Shown: one piece after another, positions 20,634 to 30,046 of the stretch
Layout: every line of letters begins with the position of its first letter
How positions within the stretch are numbered: the stretch's first letter is position 1
Assembly: GCA_030431785.1 (NCBI GenBank)
Contig: JAUIIM010000001.1
Location: forward strand, 3,323-67,322
Direction of reading: 5' to 3'
Origin: Acidimicrobiia bacterium
GTDB taxonomy: Bacteria; Actinomycetota; Acidimicrobiia; Spongiisociales; UBA5794
DNA length: 64,000 nucleotides
Position numbers and translations under genes: made by a program
The notes under the pieces: model-generated
The model's input: the letters and a program-made list of their open reading frames with translations, nothing else
Told to the model about the DNA's origin: nothing
Databases searched by the model: none

Positions 20634-21691
20634 CGCCGTCCTCCGATCGGAACTTCATCTTCGCGCGCCGTAGTGACAAATACCTGACCGCTCGGCATGA
20701 GATCGAGGACTCGTTCGGCCCGGGACTTGTCCAATTCGGAGAAGACATCGTCGAGCAGCAACACCGGGACATGGTCGCCCAAGTGATCAACCAGCCGGTA
20801 CGCACCGATACGCAAGGCGAGCGCCGTGGTCCGTTGCTCACCCTGGGAGGCCCGGTAGCGCGTATGGCGACCATCGAGATGGAGTTCGGGTTCGTCCCGA
20901 TGAGGACCGACGGTCGTCACGCGCAACCGGAGATCGTCCGGACGCGCCTGGCCGAGGGCCTCGACGAAGGCTCCGACGAGGTCGTCGTACTCGAGGACGC
21001 CGTCAGAGCCCCATGTAGAGCGATACGCCCACCGCAGCGTCCCTTCTCCCCCGACGACCGTGTACGCCTCTTCAAGATGGGGCTGAAGGGCTGTGGCGAC
21101 GTTCCGTCGGTGGATCAACACGTTGGCGCCGGCCTGGGCGAGTCGCTCGTCCCAGACCTCGAGCGTCACCGGATCGGTCTCACGCCCCTCCTGCCGCAAC
21201 AGCGTGTTGCGCTGACGAACCGCCCGGTCGTAGTCGGACTGGTCGGCGACGGCGCGAGGCCACAGTCGGGCAGCCAGGTCGTCGAGGTAGCCACGGCGTA
21301 TCGCCGCACCCCGTTTGATGACATCGAGGTCATCGGGCAGAAAGGCGACGATCGGGACGAGCCCGAGGAGGTCTCGCATCCGCTTCGGCTTCTTGCCGTT
21401 CACCAGGATCGTCCTGCGTCCTTCTAGCGGAAGCTCGCACTCCACCAATGTCTCAGAGGCCTTGCCGACATACTCAGCACGGACGATGGCTCGATCCGCA
21501 CCGGTACGGACCAGTGCGTCATCGGGCACACCGCGGAAGGAGCCGGTCAGACCGGTGTACCCGATCGCCTCGAGAATCGATGTCTTTCCTTCACCGTTGT
21601 CCCCGACGAGGACGTTGATCCCGGGCTCCGGTTCGAACCGCAGGCTGTCCCAGGAGCGGAAGTCCCTCAGCTCGATCCAGCTGAGCTGCAT
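20600..21691 (-). CDS. recF: DNA replication and repair protein RecF
   Basis: N-terminal Walker A VLVGDNGEGKTSILEA and C-terminal LLLDDVFSELD. Confidence 0.95.
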   Translation of the reverse strand: MQLSWIELRDFRSWDSLRFEPEPGINVLVGDNGEGKTSILEAIGYTGLTGSFRGVPDDALVRTGADRAIVRAEYVGKASETLVECELPLEGRRTILVNGKKPKRMRDLLGLVPIVAFLPDDLDVIKRGAAIRRGYLDDLAARLWPRAVADQSDYDRAVRQRNTLLRQEGRETDPVTLEVWDERLAQAGANVLIHRRNVATALQPHLEEAYTVVGGEGTLRWAYRSTWGSDGVLEYDDLVGAFVEALGQARPDDLRLRVTTVGPHRDEPELHLDGRHTRYRASQGEQRTTALALRIGAYRLVDHLGDHVPVLLLDDVFSELDKSRAERVLDLMPSGQVFVTTAREDEVPIGGRRWLVDDGKVTT

Positions 21692-21697
21692 CGCCGC

Positions 21698-22777
21698 CTA
21701 CAGACGGACGGGCATCAAGAGGTAGCGGAAGTCCTCGTCCGACGCACCGTGGATGAGCCCGGGCTTCAGTGGATCCGATGTCTCGATCACCACCTGCTCG
21801 TCGGCGACGGCGCTGATGCCATCCATCAAGTACCGGGTGTTGAACGCGATCGTCATCTCGTCACCCGAGTAGTCGGCCTCGAGGAGTTCGGACGCTTCAC
21901 CGACCTCTTGACGGATCACCGAGAGCTCAACACCACCCGAGTGCATGGCGAGCCGGACCGGGATGTGGTCCTCGGCGACGAGCGCAGCTCGTCCGACGGC
22001 CTCGATCAACCCTGCCTTGTCGACGGTGAGGCGGTTCGAGTGTCCATCGGGCAGCAGCTGGCGATAGTTCGGGAACGACGCATCGATGATCCTCACCGTC
22101 AGGCGACCCTGATCCGTGACGAAGGAGGCCTCCCGTTCACCGAGGATGACCTGCATCGAGCCTCCGCCGACCGTTCGCCCGAGTTCGCGCAATGCCCGGT
22201 ACGGGATGAGACGTGATCCCTCCGTTGCGACACCCGGCACCTCGCGGACCGCAAGCCGATACGAGTCGGTGGCGACGAGGCGCAGGCTTTCCTCGTCGGC
22301 CTCGAAGAGCACACCGGTGAGCGTGGGACGTGCATCGTCGGCAGACGCAGCGACGCCGACCTGACCGAGTGCTTTGATGAGCGCATCGCCGTCGACCGTG
22401 ATCTCCTCGCCCCCGGAACCGTCCGAGACCTTGGGGAAGTCCTCGGCAGACATCTCCCTGAGTTTGAACTCTGGTCCGTTCCCGGTGATGACCACGTGGC
22501 CGTCTTCGGTGGAAAGGGTCACGGCACCGGAGGGAAGTTTCCGAACGGCATCGGCGGCGAGCTTTGCCGGGATGACGGTCGATCCTTCCTCGGTGACCTC
22601 GACTTCGAGATACGTTCGGACCGTGACTTCGTTGTCGGTACCGGTGACCGTCAAACGGCCGCCAGCTACCTCGCACAGGACACCCTGAAGGATCGGCAAG
22701 GGGGACCGGGTGCCCACTGCTCGACCGGCTCGGGTGAGCACATCTGCCAGATCGTCTCGTTCTGCTCTGATTCGCAC
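21698..22777 (-). CDS. dnaN: DNA polymerase III beta sliding clamp
   Basis: Three-domain clamp with DnaN homology. Confidence 0.95.
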   Translation of the reverse strand: MRIRAERDDLADVLTRAGRAVGTRSPLPILQGVLCEVAGGRLTVTGTDNEVTVRTYLEVEVTEEGSTVIPAKLAADAVRKLPSGAVTLSTEDGHVVITGNGPEFKLREMSAEDFPKVSDGSGGEEITVDGDALIKALGQVGVAASADDARPTLTGVLFEADEESLRLVATDSYRLAVREVPGVATEGSRLIPYRALRELGRTVGGGSMQVILGEREASFVTDQGRLTVRIIDASFPNYRQLLPDGHSNRLTVDKAGLIEAVGRAALVAEDHIPVRLAMHSGGVELSVIRQEVGEASELLEADYSGDEMTIAFNTRYLMDGISAVADEQVVIETSDPLKPGLIHGASDEDFRYLLMPVRL

Positions 22778-22791
22778 GTCGGTCCTATCCC

Positions 22792-22970
22792 TGAACTTCT
22801 ATTGCTGCTGTCTGGATCATTTGAAAGAGTAGTAGTGGTAGTAGGCCCTGTGGATTGTGGATGAACGTCCGAAAGCCTTGCGGTGTCGGCGTTTCTCTAC
22901 CCACAGGGGGTGTGGATGGATCAAGGGTTGTCCACGGCGCGTTCCGTCGGTGCGTTCAGCGTGTGGATAT
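22792..22970. other. oriC (dnaA-dnaN intergenic): AT-rich DUE candidate, DnaA-trio TAGTAGTGGTAGTAG (22830-22844), GC spacer, and at least six DnaA boxes
   Basis: Boxes read as TGTGGATTG, TGTGGATGA, TACCCACAG, TGTGGATGG, TTGTCCACG and TGTGGATAT. The trio sits immediately 5' of a tandem box pair, as in the basal unwinding module. Confidence 0.8.
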
Positions 22971-22973
22971 CGA

Positions 22974-24362
22974 TCATCTTGTCCTCAGCTGTTGGGTGAT
23001 CTCCGTGACCTGGTCATAGATGTCCTTGTCGGTCTGGAGGAGATTGGTGATCTTCTCGACGGCGTGCATCACCGTCGTGTGGTCCCGGCCGCCGAAAGCT
23101 GCACCGATACGTGGCAGAGAGAGACCCGTCTGCTCACGACAGATGTACATGGCGACCTGGCGATGCCGAGCGAGAGGCTGTCGACGTGAGGGCCCCAGAA
23201 GCTCGGAGCGTGGGACCTCGTAGTACTGGCTCACGGTCCCGATGATCGAGTCAGCGGTCAGCGGGGCTGCCTGCTGGAGCTGGACGACGTCACGGAGAAC
23301 GTTCGCCGCGAGGTCGACCGTGACGGGCTCGGACGTCAGCTTGGCGAACGCCGTCACTCGGGTGAGTGCTCCCTCGAGCTCTCGGACGTTCTCGGCGATG
23401 TTCTCGGCGATGAAACCCAGCACCTCCTCGGGGATGCGCTGGTCACCCATCGCAGCGTTCTTGCGGAGGATGGCAAGGCGTGTCTCTACGTCAGGTCGTT
23501 GGATGTCCGTCGTGAGACCCCACTCGAACCGGCTGCGGAGTCGATCCTCGATCGTACGCAACTCCTTTGGAGCGCGGTCGGACGAGATCACCAACTGATT
23601 GCCGGCCTCGTACAACGAATTGAACGTGTGGAAGAACTCCTCGAGCACCATCTCCTTGCCCTCGAAGAACTGGACGTCGTCGAGGAGCAGGATGTCGACC
23701 TTGCGGTAGCGCGCCTTGAAGTCGTCCATCTTCTTGCGACGGATCGAATTGATGAAGTCGTTGAAGAACGTTTCCGAGGTCACGTACTTGACGACGGCAC
23801 CGGGAGACAGTTCGAGGCGGTGTTGACCCACGGCGTGGAGTAGGTGGGTTTTGCCAAGCCCGGATCCTGCGTAGATGAACAGAGGGTTGTAGTGGCGACC
23901 GGGTTTCTCGGCGACGGCCTGGGCGGCTGCGTGGGCGAATCGATTCGACGATCCGACGACGAAGTTGTCGAACGAGTAGCGGGCGAGCAGGTTCGAGGTG
24001 TCAGAGGGGGACGGCGGTTCGTCGATCCGGGAACCGATGTGATCGTCGAGGGAGGGTTGATATGGGCCCTCATCCTCAAGGGCCTCGGTTGCTTTCTTCT
24101 CGTTGACCGAGATCGTGACCTCGAACTTTCCCGACCACACCGATGAGGCGATCTCCCCGATCTGGTGGGTGTAGTTGTCCCGAACCCACGAGGCGTTGAA
24201 GCGATTCGGGGCTTCGAGCCTCAGGACGTCGTCGTCCCGCTCGACATCGAGCGGTTTGATCCAGGTTTCCCACTTCGCAGCGCCGATCACGTCGCGCATT
24301 CTGCTGTGGAAAAGCTCGATCTTCGAGTCCACCGTCTCGGGACTCGCTTGTGTAGCAGCCAC
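22974..24362 (-). CDS. dnaA: chromosomal replication initiator DnaA
   Basis: AAA+ Walker [13 protein letters not shown]; C-terminal DNA-binding domain. Confidence 0.97.
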   Translation of the reverse strand: MAATQASPETVDSKIELFHSRMRDVIGAAKWETWIKPLDVERDDDVLRLEAPNRFNASWVRDNYTHQIGEIASSVWSGKFEVTISVNEKKATEALEDEGPYQPSLDDHIGSRIDEPPSPSDTSNLLARYSFDNFVVGSSNRFAHAAAQAVAEKPGRHYNPLFIYAGSGLGKTHLLHAVGQHRLELSPGAVVKYVTSETFFNDFINSIRRKKMDDFKARYRKVDILLLDDVQFFEGKEMVLEEFFHTFNSLYEAGNQLVISSDRAPKELRTIEDRLRSRFEWGLTTDIQRPDVETRLAILRKNAAMGDQRIPEEVLGFIAENIAENVRELEGALTRVTAFAKLTSEPVTVDLAANVLRDVVQLQQAAPLTADSIIGTVSQYYEVPRSELLGPSRRQPLARHRQVAMYICREQTGLSLPRIGAAFGGRDHTTVMHAVEKITNLLQTDKDIYDQVTEITQQLRTR

Positions 24363-24404
24363 CTTGTAATCCTCCGTGCCTCTTTGTCTTCAACAAGCCA
24401 AGCA

Positions 24405-24690
24405 ATTCACCTGTCCACACACCTATCCACAGGATGTGGAGAAGATGCGCCCACGGGGCTCGTTCGGTCGAGCCCGTGAGCTCAGCTCCGTGGGAAGAGC
24501 GGGTGGCGAACCCGTCAAGAGCGACGGCGAGTGTATGCACCGTTTGCGGAGCACTTCAAGAGTGGCAAAACCGCCGCAAGACCGTCCTGTGGATAGCGAC
24601 CGAATCGGCGGAGAACCCTTACGCCCCTTGACTTGTACGCCGAGCGAGATACCCCTCGGGCGGCTGTTGTGCACAGCGATTTCCACAAAA
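24405..24690. promoter_or_regulatory. DnaA-box cluster upstream of dnaA / rpmH promoter region
   Basis: TGTCCACAC, CTATCCACA, TGTGGATAG and TTTCCACAA read directly. Confidence 0.6.
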
Positions 24691-24834
24691 CCGCCTTGAA
24701 CGGAATTTCGCGACCGCTCCCGACTTTTCGCGGACCGGATCACTACTGACGGTTTGATGGACTCGGGACCTAGACTGCTCCCGACCCGTCATACGGCGGG
24801 TTCACCGCGTCCCGCATCTCAGGGGTACCTCATC

Positions 24835-24969
24835 ATGAAACGTACGTATCAGCCGAACAAACGGCGTCGCAAGCGCAAGCACGGATTCCGGTCGCGCATG
24901 CGCACCCGTGCCGGTCGTGCGACGATCAAACGTCGTCGCTCGAAGGGCCGTCAGGAGCTCTCTGCCTAG
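24835..24969 (+). CDS. rpmH: 50S ribosomal protein L34
   Basis: [28 protein letters not shown]... Confidence 0.92.
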   Translation: MKRTYQPNKRRRKRKHGFRSRMRTRAGRATIKRRRSKGRQELSA

Positions 24970-25309
24970 GCAGGGACATATCTCCCTTCCGGGAGGTGGG
25001 TTCGCTCGTGTGTATCGGACGGGAATCCGTACCAGGAAGGGCTCGATCCTGGTGATCGAGACGCCGAGCGACCAACCCGATGCGACGCCGAGGGTCGGTG
25101 TGGTAGCAGGACGAAAGGTAGGACATGCCGTACAACGCAACAGGGCGAAACGTCGCCTGCGTGAGGCTGTCCGTCGCTGTCCACCGGATCCCGGGCTCGA
25201 CATCGTCATCACGGCACTCGATGACCTGTCTTCGGTCTCGTTCGACCGCTTGTGTTCCGACCTCACCCGTGCGTTCGAGGCAGGACGCATGAAGCGGGTG
25301 GCCCGATGA
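24908..25309 (+). CDS. rnpA: ribonuclease P protein component
   Basis: RnpA-like LP..R....FARVYRTG and [10 protein letters not shown] motifs. No ATG downstream of the rpmH stop, so the gene starts inside rpmH (ATG 24908 or GTG 24917) or at a non-canonical codon. Confidence 0.7.
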   Translation: MPVVRRSNVVARRAVRSSLPRQGHISLPGGGFARVYRTGIRTRKGSILVIETPSDQPDATPRVGVVAGRKVGHAVQRNRAKRRLREAVRRCPPDPGLDIVITALDDLSSVSFDRLCSDLTRAFEAGRMKRVAR

Positions 25310-25596
25310 GCGAGCACACCGTGTCGTCCCCCCGACCGTCACTGGCGCGCCGCATTCTCTTGGCACCGATCCGTTGGTACCAACGATTTCTCTCCCCCCT
25401 TCTGGGGGCAAATTGCCGATACCACCCGACCTGTTCGCGGTACACCTATGAGGCAATCGAGATCCACGGCCTCAAGGGCGTGTGGATGGGCATCCGAAGG
25501 ATCGCCCGCTGTCATCCGTTCCACGACGGAGGATTCGATCCGGTCCCCGGGTCGCAGTCGTCCGTCCCCGACTCGATCGAGGGGAGTTCGGCGTGA
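25306..25596 (+). CDS. yidD: membrane protein insertion efficiency factor YidD
   Basis: [24 protein letters not shown] motif; ATGA overlap with rnpA. Confidence 0.85.
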   Translation: MSEHTVSSPRPSLARRILLAPIRWYQRFLSPLLGANCRYHPTCSRYTYEAIEIHGLKGVWMGIRRIARCHPFHDGGFDPVPGSQSSVPDSIEGSSA

Positions 25597-26531
25597 GTTT
25601 CGCCCCCTGGGAGTGGTTGTTGAGCCTGCTCGGCACCCTGCTCTCGTTCTACTACGACCTAATTCCAGAATATGGAGTTTCCATCATCCTGCTGACTTTG
25701 ACGGTCAGCCTTCTGCTCTTCCCGCTGACGCTCAAGCAGACGCGTTCCATGAAGGCGATGCAGGAGGTCCAGCCTGAGGTCAAGCGTCTCCAGAAGGAAC
25801 TCAAGGGAGACAAGGAAGAACTCAACAAGCAGCTCATGGCGCTCTATCAGGAGAAGGGCGTCAACCCGGCCGCTGGATGTCTCCCCCTCCTCGTGCAGAT
25901 GCCGATCTGGTTTGCCCTCTATCGCGTGCTCTGGCAAGGAAACGGTATCCCCGAGGATTCGACGCTCAAACAGGTCCTCGACGCCGCCAACGACATGCTC
26001 TACACACGCGGTGATGACGGGAACCTCACCGGCACCCTGAAAGCCGGTGTCGACATCACCTCGGATGCCTTCGAGCACGTGCGCTTTCTCGGGATGAACC
26101 TCTTGGTGCGACCGTCACAGGCGGTCGATTTCGGAGACATCATCGGATCTCTTCCGTACATCGCCTTGATCGGCGTGATCGTAGTTGCCGGATTTTACCA
26201 GCAAGTCCAAACGACCCGCCGCAAGAAGACCGATCAGAATGGCGATCAGAACAACCAGATGCAGGGCGTACAGAACGCCATGAAGATCATGCCCGTGGTC
26301 TTCGGGTTCATCTCCTGGAACTTCGTCACTGGTCTCGGTCTCTACTTCGCCACCTCCAACCTCTTCCGCGTCGGACAACAGGCGATCATCCTCGGCATGG
26401 ACGACGATGATCCGGACGATGCCGGATCGACCGCAAAGGAGAAGTCGGACCCGGACACCCCGGATGCCCCGAAATCCAACGGTCCCTCGCCAAACGCGAG
26501 CAAGAAGCGCAACCGCAGACGAAGGAAATAG
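25593..26531 (+). CDS. yidC: membrane protein insertase YidC
   Basis: GTG start overlapping the yidD stop (GTGA); YidC/Oxa1 TM core with a basic C-terminal tail. Confidence 0.9.
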   Translation: MSFAPWEWLLSLLGTLLSFYYDLIPEYGVSIILLTLTVSLLLFPLTLKQTRSMKAMQEVQPEVKRLQKELKGDKEELNKQLMALYQEKGVNPAAGCLPLLVQMPIWFALYRVLWQGNGIPEDSTLKQVLDAANDMLYTRGDDGNLTGTLKAGVDITSDAFEHVRFLGMNLLVRPSQAVDFGDIIGSLPYIALIGVIVVAGFYQQVQTTRRKKTDQNGDQNNQMQGVQNAMKIMPVVFGFISWNFVTGLGLYFATSNLFRVGQQAIILGMDDDDPDDAGSTAKEKSDPDTPDAPKSNGPSPNASKKRNRRRRK

Positions 26532-26540
26532 AGAAGCCTC

Positions 26541-27404
26541 ATGGAATGGGTAGAAGTCGAAGGCAACACAGTCGACGAGGCTGTGTCATTGGCCATGAAC
26601 GAACTCGGCATCGCCGATCGCGGCGATGCCGAGATCCAGGTCATCCAGGAACCGAAAGGCGGTTTCCTCGGGATGGGAGGTCGCACAGCGATCGTCAAGG
26701 TCTCGAAGGCGAAGCCAAAGTCGCGACGCCGACGCCGATCTCGCGGTGGACGAGGCGGGCGATCTGGTTCCAAGGACAACACCAGGGCCGACAACGAACA
26801 GCAGTCCAAGAACAAGGACGGCGGGTCGGCCAACGGACAGAAGAAGAAGTCCGACAACAAATCATCTCGTACGAACCGGAACTCCGGCGGCGGGAAGCCC
26901 AAGGGAGAGAAGAAGATGGACCGACAGGACCGGCCAGAGCAGGCTCCGATCGAGGAGCAAGCCAAGGTGGCGAAGGAATTCCTCGAAGGGCTCCTCGGTG
27001 CGTTCGGGCTCGAGGGTTCCGTCGAGACGAGAATCGAAGAGGAAGTGCTCTATCTCGACGTGAAGGGCGAGCAGACCGAGGCACTCATCGGGTCGAAGGG
27101 ATCCGTGATGTATGCGGTCCTGGAGCTGACCCGTACGGTCGTACAGCGCAAGACATATGGCGCTCCACGGATGCGCATCGACATCAACGGCTACGCAGAG
27201 CGACGTCGTGAGGCGCTTCGCATCTACACCGGAAAGCTCGCCGATCAAGTGATCGAAGAGCAGGGCGAGATCATGCTCGAGCCGATGAATGCGGCAGATC
27301 GCAAGGTCGTCCACGATGCCGTCGCCGAACTCGACAATGTGCGCTCGTACTCGGAAGGCGACGAGCCACGGCGAGCCGTGGTCATCGCATACGAGGAAAG
27401 CTGA
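26541..27404 (+). CDS. jag: Jag/KhpB RNA-binding protein (KH + R3H)
   Basis: N-terminal Jag_N, basic linker, KH and R3H regions. Confidence 0.85.
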   Translation: MEWVEVEGNTVDEAVSLAMNELGIADRGDAEIQVIQEPKGGFLGMGGRTAIVKVSKAKPKSRRRRRSRGGRGGRSGSKDNTRADNEQQSKNKDGGSANGQKKKSDNKSSRTNRNSGGGKPKGEKKMDRQDRPEQAPIEEQAKVAKEFLEGLLGAFGLEGSVETRIEEEVLYLDVKGEQTEALIGSKGSVMYAVLELTRTVVQRKTYGAPRMRIDINGYAERRREALRIYTGKLADQVIEEQGEIMLEPMNAADRKVVHDAVAELDNVRSYSEGDEPRRAVVIAYEES

Positions 27405-27440
27405 GCGACTCAGTACGGAGTACTCAATACCAGTACACAG

Positions 27441-27468
27441 AAGGGGCCCCGGGAAACCGGGGCCCCTT
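27441..27468 (+). terminator. GC-rich hairpin AAGGGGCCCCGG-gaaa-CCGGGGCCCCTT after jag
   Basis: Perfect 12-bp stem followed by cttctgcttgtttc. Confidence 0.5.
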
Positions 27469-27473
27469 CTGCT

Positions 27474-27489
27474 TGTTTCACGTGAAACA
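27474..27489. other. parS centromere-like site (TGTTTCACGTGAAACA, perfect consensus)
   Basis: Matches the ParB-binding palindrome read directly; upstream of rsmG-parA-parB. Confidence 0.85.
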
Positions 27490-27543
27490 CTGCTGAGTAC
27501 ACAGTGCCCAGTACTCAGGTCCCCAGAACCCAGAGGCAGCCGT

Positions 27544-27559
27544 TGTTTCACGTGAAACT
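27544..27559. other. parS site (TGTTTCACGTGAAACT, 15/16)
   Basis: Second copy about 70 bp from the first. Confidence 0.8.
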
Positions 27560-27567
27560 TCGTGGAG

Positions 27568-27603
27568 ACGAAGGGATGAAAGGACGAAGGGACGAAGGGA
27601 CGG
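27568..27603. repeat. octamer tandem array ACGAAGGG x4 (GAAGGGAC family)
   Basis: acgaagggatgaaaggacgaagggacgaagggacgg; reverse-complement family of the array at 48700. Confidence 0.85.
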
Positions 27604-27610
27604 CATGCTA

Positions 27611-27676
27611 GCCAGGAGCCAGGAGCCAGGAGCCAGGAGCCGGGAGCCGGGAGCCGGGAGCCAGCAGCCAGGAGCT
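27611..27676. repeat. heptamer tandem array GCCAGGA/GCCGGGA, about 9-10 copies
   Basis: gccaggagccaggagccaggagccaggagccgggagccgggagccgggagccagcagccagga. Confidence 0.9.
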
Positions 27677-27698
27677 CTGGCGGAGCTAGGATCGGGTT

Positions 27699-28331
27699 AT
27701 GGCCTCGTATCAGCAACTTTCGGATGATCTCGGGCTCGACCTTGAGCCCGTTCAGCTTGAGCAGCTGGAGCGATACGAACGATTCCTCAGGGACGAAGCG
27801 ATGGCGGCAGGCGGTATCGGGCCAGACGAAACCACTCGACTCTTTGACCGCCACGTAGGGGATTCCCTTGCCTACCTTACCGTTCTGCCGGATACCGACT
27901 CGGTCGTCGATGTCGGGTCCGGTGTCGGACTACCGGGGATCCCAATCGCTATCGCTCGGCCCGACACCGAGGTAGAGCTCCTTGATCGCGCCGGACGAAG
28001 GGTGGACCTTGCTCGTCGTGCGGTGCGTATCAGTGGCGCCAGGAACGTTGCGGTCACACTGGGAGATGTGCATTCCCGTACGAGGCCAGCATCGGTCCTC
28101 GTGTTCCGGGCCTCCCTCCCACCAGAGGCCGCGGCGAGGGTCGCGGGAGACCTGCTCGCCCCCGGAGGTACTGCCCTGGTCGGATTGTCACGCCTACCGG
28201 AACCTCCGGCGGTACCATCTCCCCTCGCGGACCTCGATTACGCAGTCGTGGATGCCTCGCGTGGGGCCTTGGCCTCCCCGTCGTGGATCCTCGTCATCAC
28301 CAAACGGACCGAAAGTGAGAACGCAGGATGA
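27699..28331 (+). CDS. rsmG: 16S rRNA (guanine527-N7)-methyltransferase RsmG/GidB
   Basis: VVDVGSGVGLPGIPIAI SAM-binding motif. Confidence 0.9.
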   Translation: MASYQQLSDDLGLDLEPVQLEQLERYERFLRDEAMAAGGIGPDETTRLFDRHVGDSLAYLTVLPDTDSVVDVGSGVGLPGIPIAIARPDTEVELLDRAGRRVDLARRAVRISGARNVAVTLGDVHSRTRPASVLVFRASLPPEAAARVAGDLLAPGGTALVGLSRLPEPPAVPSPLADLDYAVVDASRGALASPSWILVITKRTESENAG

Positions 28332-28337
28332 GACGTC

Positions 28338-29117
28338 ATGTCTGACGGCAAAGTCGTTGCCATCGCCAATCAGAAGGGCGGTGTCGGCAAGTCGACGACT
28401 GCCATCAATCTGGGTGCGGGCCTTGCCATACAAGGAGAACGCGTGTTGGTCGTGGATCTGGACCCCCAAGGCAACACGAGCTCCGGCCTCGGGATCGACC
28501 GTGGCGCTATCGAGCAATCCACCTACGATCTTCTCGTCGAGGATGATGTGTCGATCACGGACATCCTCGAGCCGACCTCCGTGCGAAACCTGCACGTCGT
28601 CCCGGCGACGATCGAGTTGGCGGGCGCCGAGATCGAACTGGTTTCCATGTTCTCGAGGGAACAACGGTTGAAGACCACGCTGTCCGAGGTCCTCGATGAC
28701 TACGACGTCGTGCTCATCGACTGTCCCCCATCTCTGGGATTGCTCACGATCAACGGGTTGACGGCAGCGGATGAGGTGTTGATCCCGATCCAATGCGAGT
28801 ACTACGCACTCGAGGGGGTGAGTCAGCTGACACGCAACATTTCGCGCGTCAAGCAAAGCATTAACCCTGAACTCGAGGTCGAGGGTGTGGTGTTGACGAT
28901 GTTCGACGGCCGGACGACGCTGGCGGCCGATGTGGCAGCCCAAGTCCGCGAACACTTCGGTGAGACGACCTACAAGACAGTGATCCCGAGAACCGTGCGT
29001 TTGAGTGAGGCCCCGTCCTACGGGGAGCCGATCGAGGCGTTCGATCCGATGTCACGAGGTGCCATTGCATATCGTGAGTTGGCCAGAGAGTTCAGGAGGC
29101 GACATGGCCGCGCGTAA
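28338..29117 (+). CDS. parA: chromosome partitioning ATPase ParA/Soj
   Basis: KGGVGKSTT deviant Walker A. Confidence 0.95.
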   Translation: MSDGKVVAIANQKGGVGKSTTAINLGAGLAIQGERVLVVDLDPQGNTSSGLGIDRGAIEQSTYDLLVEDDVSITDILEPTSVRNLHVVPATIELAGAEIELVSMFSREQRLKTTLSEVLDDYDVVLIDCPPSLGLLTINGLTAADEVLIPIQCEYYALEGVSQLTRNISRVKQSINPELEVEGVVLTMFDGRTTLAADVAAQVREHFGETTYKTVIPRTVRLSEAPSYGEPIEAFDPMSRGAIAYRELAREFRRRHGRA

Positions 29118-29961
29118 GAGTGGACTGGGTCGAGGGCTCGATGCCCTGATCCCGCAGGAACATCCAGCCGCCGGCTTTGCCGACGTCAAGGTCGATGCGA
29201 TCGATCCAAACCCCCAACAACCGAGGTCGGAGTTTGACCCGGCCGCGATCGACGCCCTTGCAGACTCCATCGCATCCGTCGGTGTCCTACAACCGATCGT
29301 GGTGCGGGTGGATGGCGACCGGTATGTCCTGGTGGCAGGCGAACGAAGGCTTCGAGCAGCGAAGCAGGCAGGTCTGGACTCGGTCCCGGCGGTGATCCGC
29401 TCTGAAACCGATGAGCAGACGAACCTCACGGAGGCGCTGATCGAGAATCTCCAGCGTGAGGACTTGTCGCCACTCGAAGAGGCGGCGGCCTTCCATCAGC
29501 TTATGGAAGAATATGGCATGACGCACGAGGCCGTGGCCGACAGTGTCGGGCGATCCCGGAGCGCAGTGACGAACACGGTGCGTCTGTTGAACCTCCCGGC
29601 CCCGATCCAGGCGATGGTGGCGAACGGCAGTCTCACGGCGGGTCATGCGCGTGCCCTGTTGGGGTCGGAGGACGAGACGTATGCGGTCCACATCGCTGAG
29701 CGCGCCGTTGCCGAGGGATGGACGGTGCGTCGGGTCGAGGAAGCGATTCGTCTCCGTGGCACCCAACAGACCGGCACCCGTGCTCCCTCCATCAAGGAGG
29801 TGCGCCCCGCTGCCATCATCGAGCTGGAGGACCGGCTTCAGGAGCGTCTCGGGACGAAGGTCAAGATCGACTACAAGGGCAAAGGTGGTCGGATCACGAT
29901 CAAGTACGCCTCCTCCGACGATCTTGAGCGGATCTACCGCCACCTGTTCGGCTCTGAATAG
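29104..29961 (+). CDS. parB: chromosome partitioning protein ParB
   Basis: Start taken at MAARKSGLGRGLDALI (ATG 29104); ParB box GERRLRAAKQAG; HTH. Confidence 0.9.
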   Translation: MAARKSGLGRGLDALIPQEHPAAGFADVKVDAIDPNPQQPRSEFDPAAIDALADSIASVGVLQPIVVRVDGDRYVLVAGERRLRAAKQAGLDSVPAVIRSETDEQTNLTEALIENLQREDLSPLEEAAAFHQLMEEYGMTHEAVADSVGRSRSAVTNTVRLLNLPAPIQAMVANGSLTAGHARALLGSEDETYAVHIAERAVAEGWTVRRVEEAIRLRGTQQTGTRAPSIKEVRPAAIIELEDRLQERLGTKVKIDYKGKGGRITIKYASSDDLERIYRHLFGSE

Positions 29962-29986
29962 CAAGTAGCCCATCGTCGATTGCGTG

Positions 29987-30008
29987 AACCCGATCGATGA
30001 TCCATGAT
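29987..30008. repeat. GATC-rich heptamer array ATGATCC x3
   Basis: cgatcgatgatccatgatccatgatcagg; shares 20 nt with 40658-40680. Confidence 0.8.
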
Positions 30009-30046
30009 CCATGATCAGGTGTCTGTAGGCGGTAAGCCGGTCGACC

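Noticed and set aside
27568-27676. Possible CRISPR array (short tandem repeats)
   Set aside because: Units are 7-8 bp with no spacers and no cas genes; these are microsatellite-like arrays, not CRISPR.
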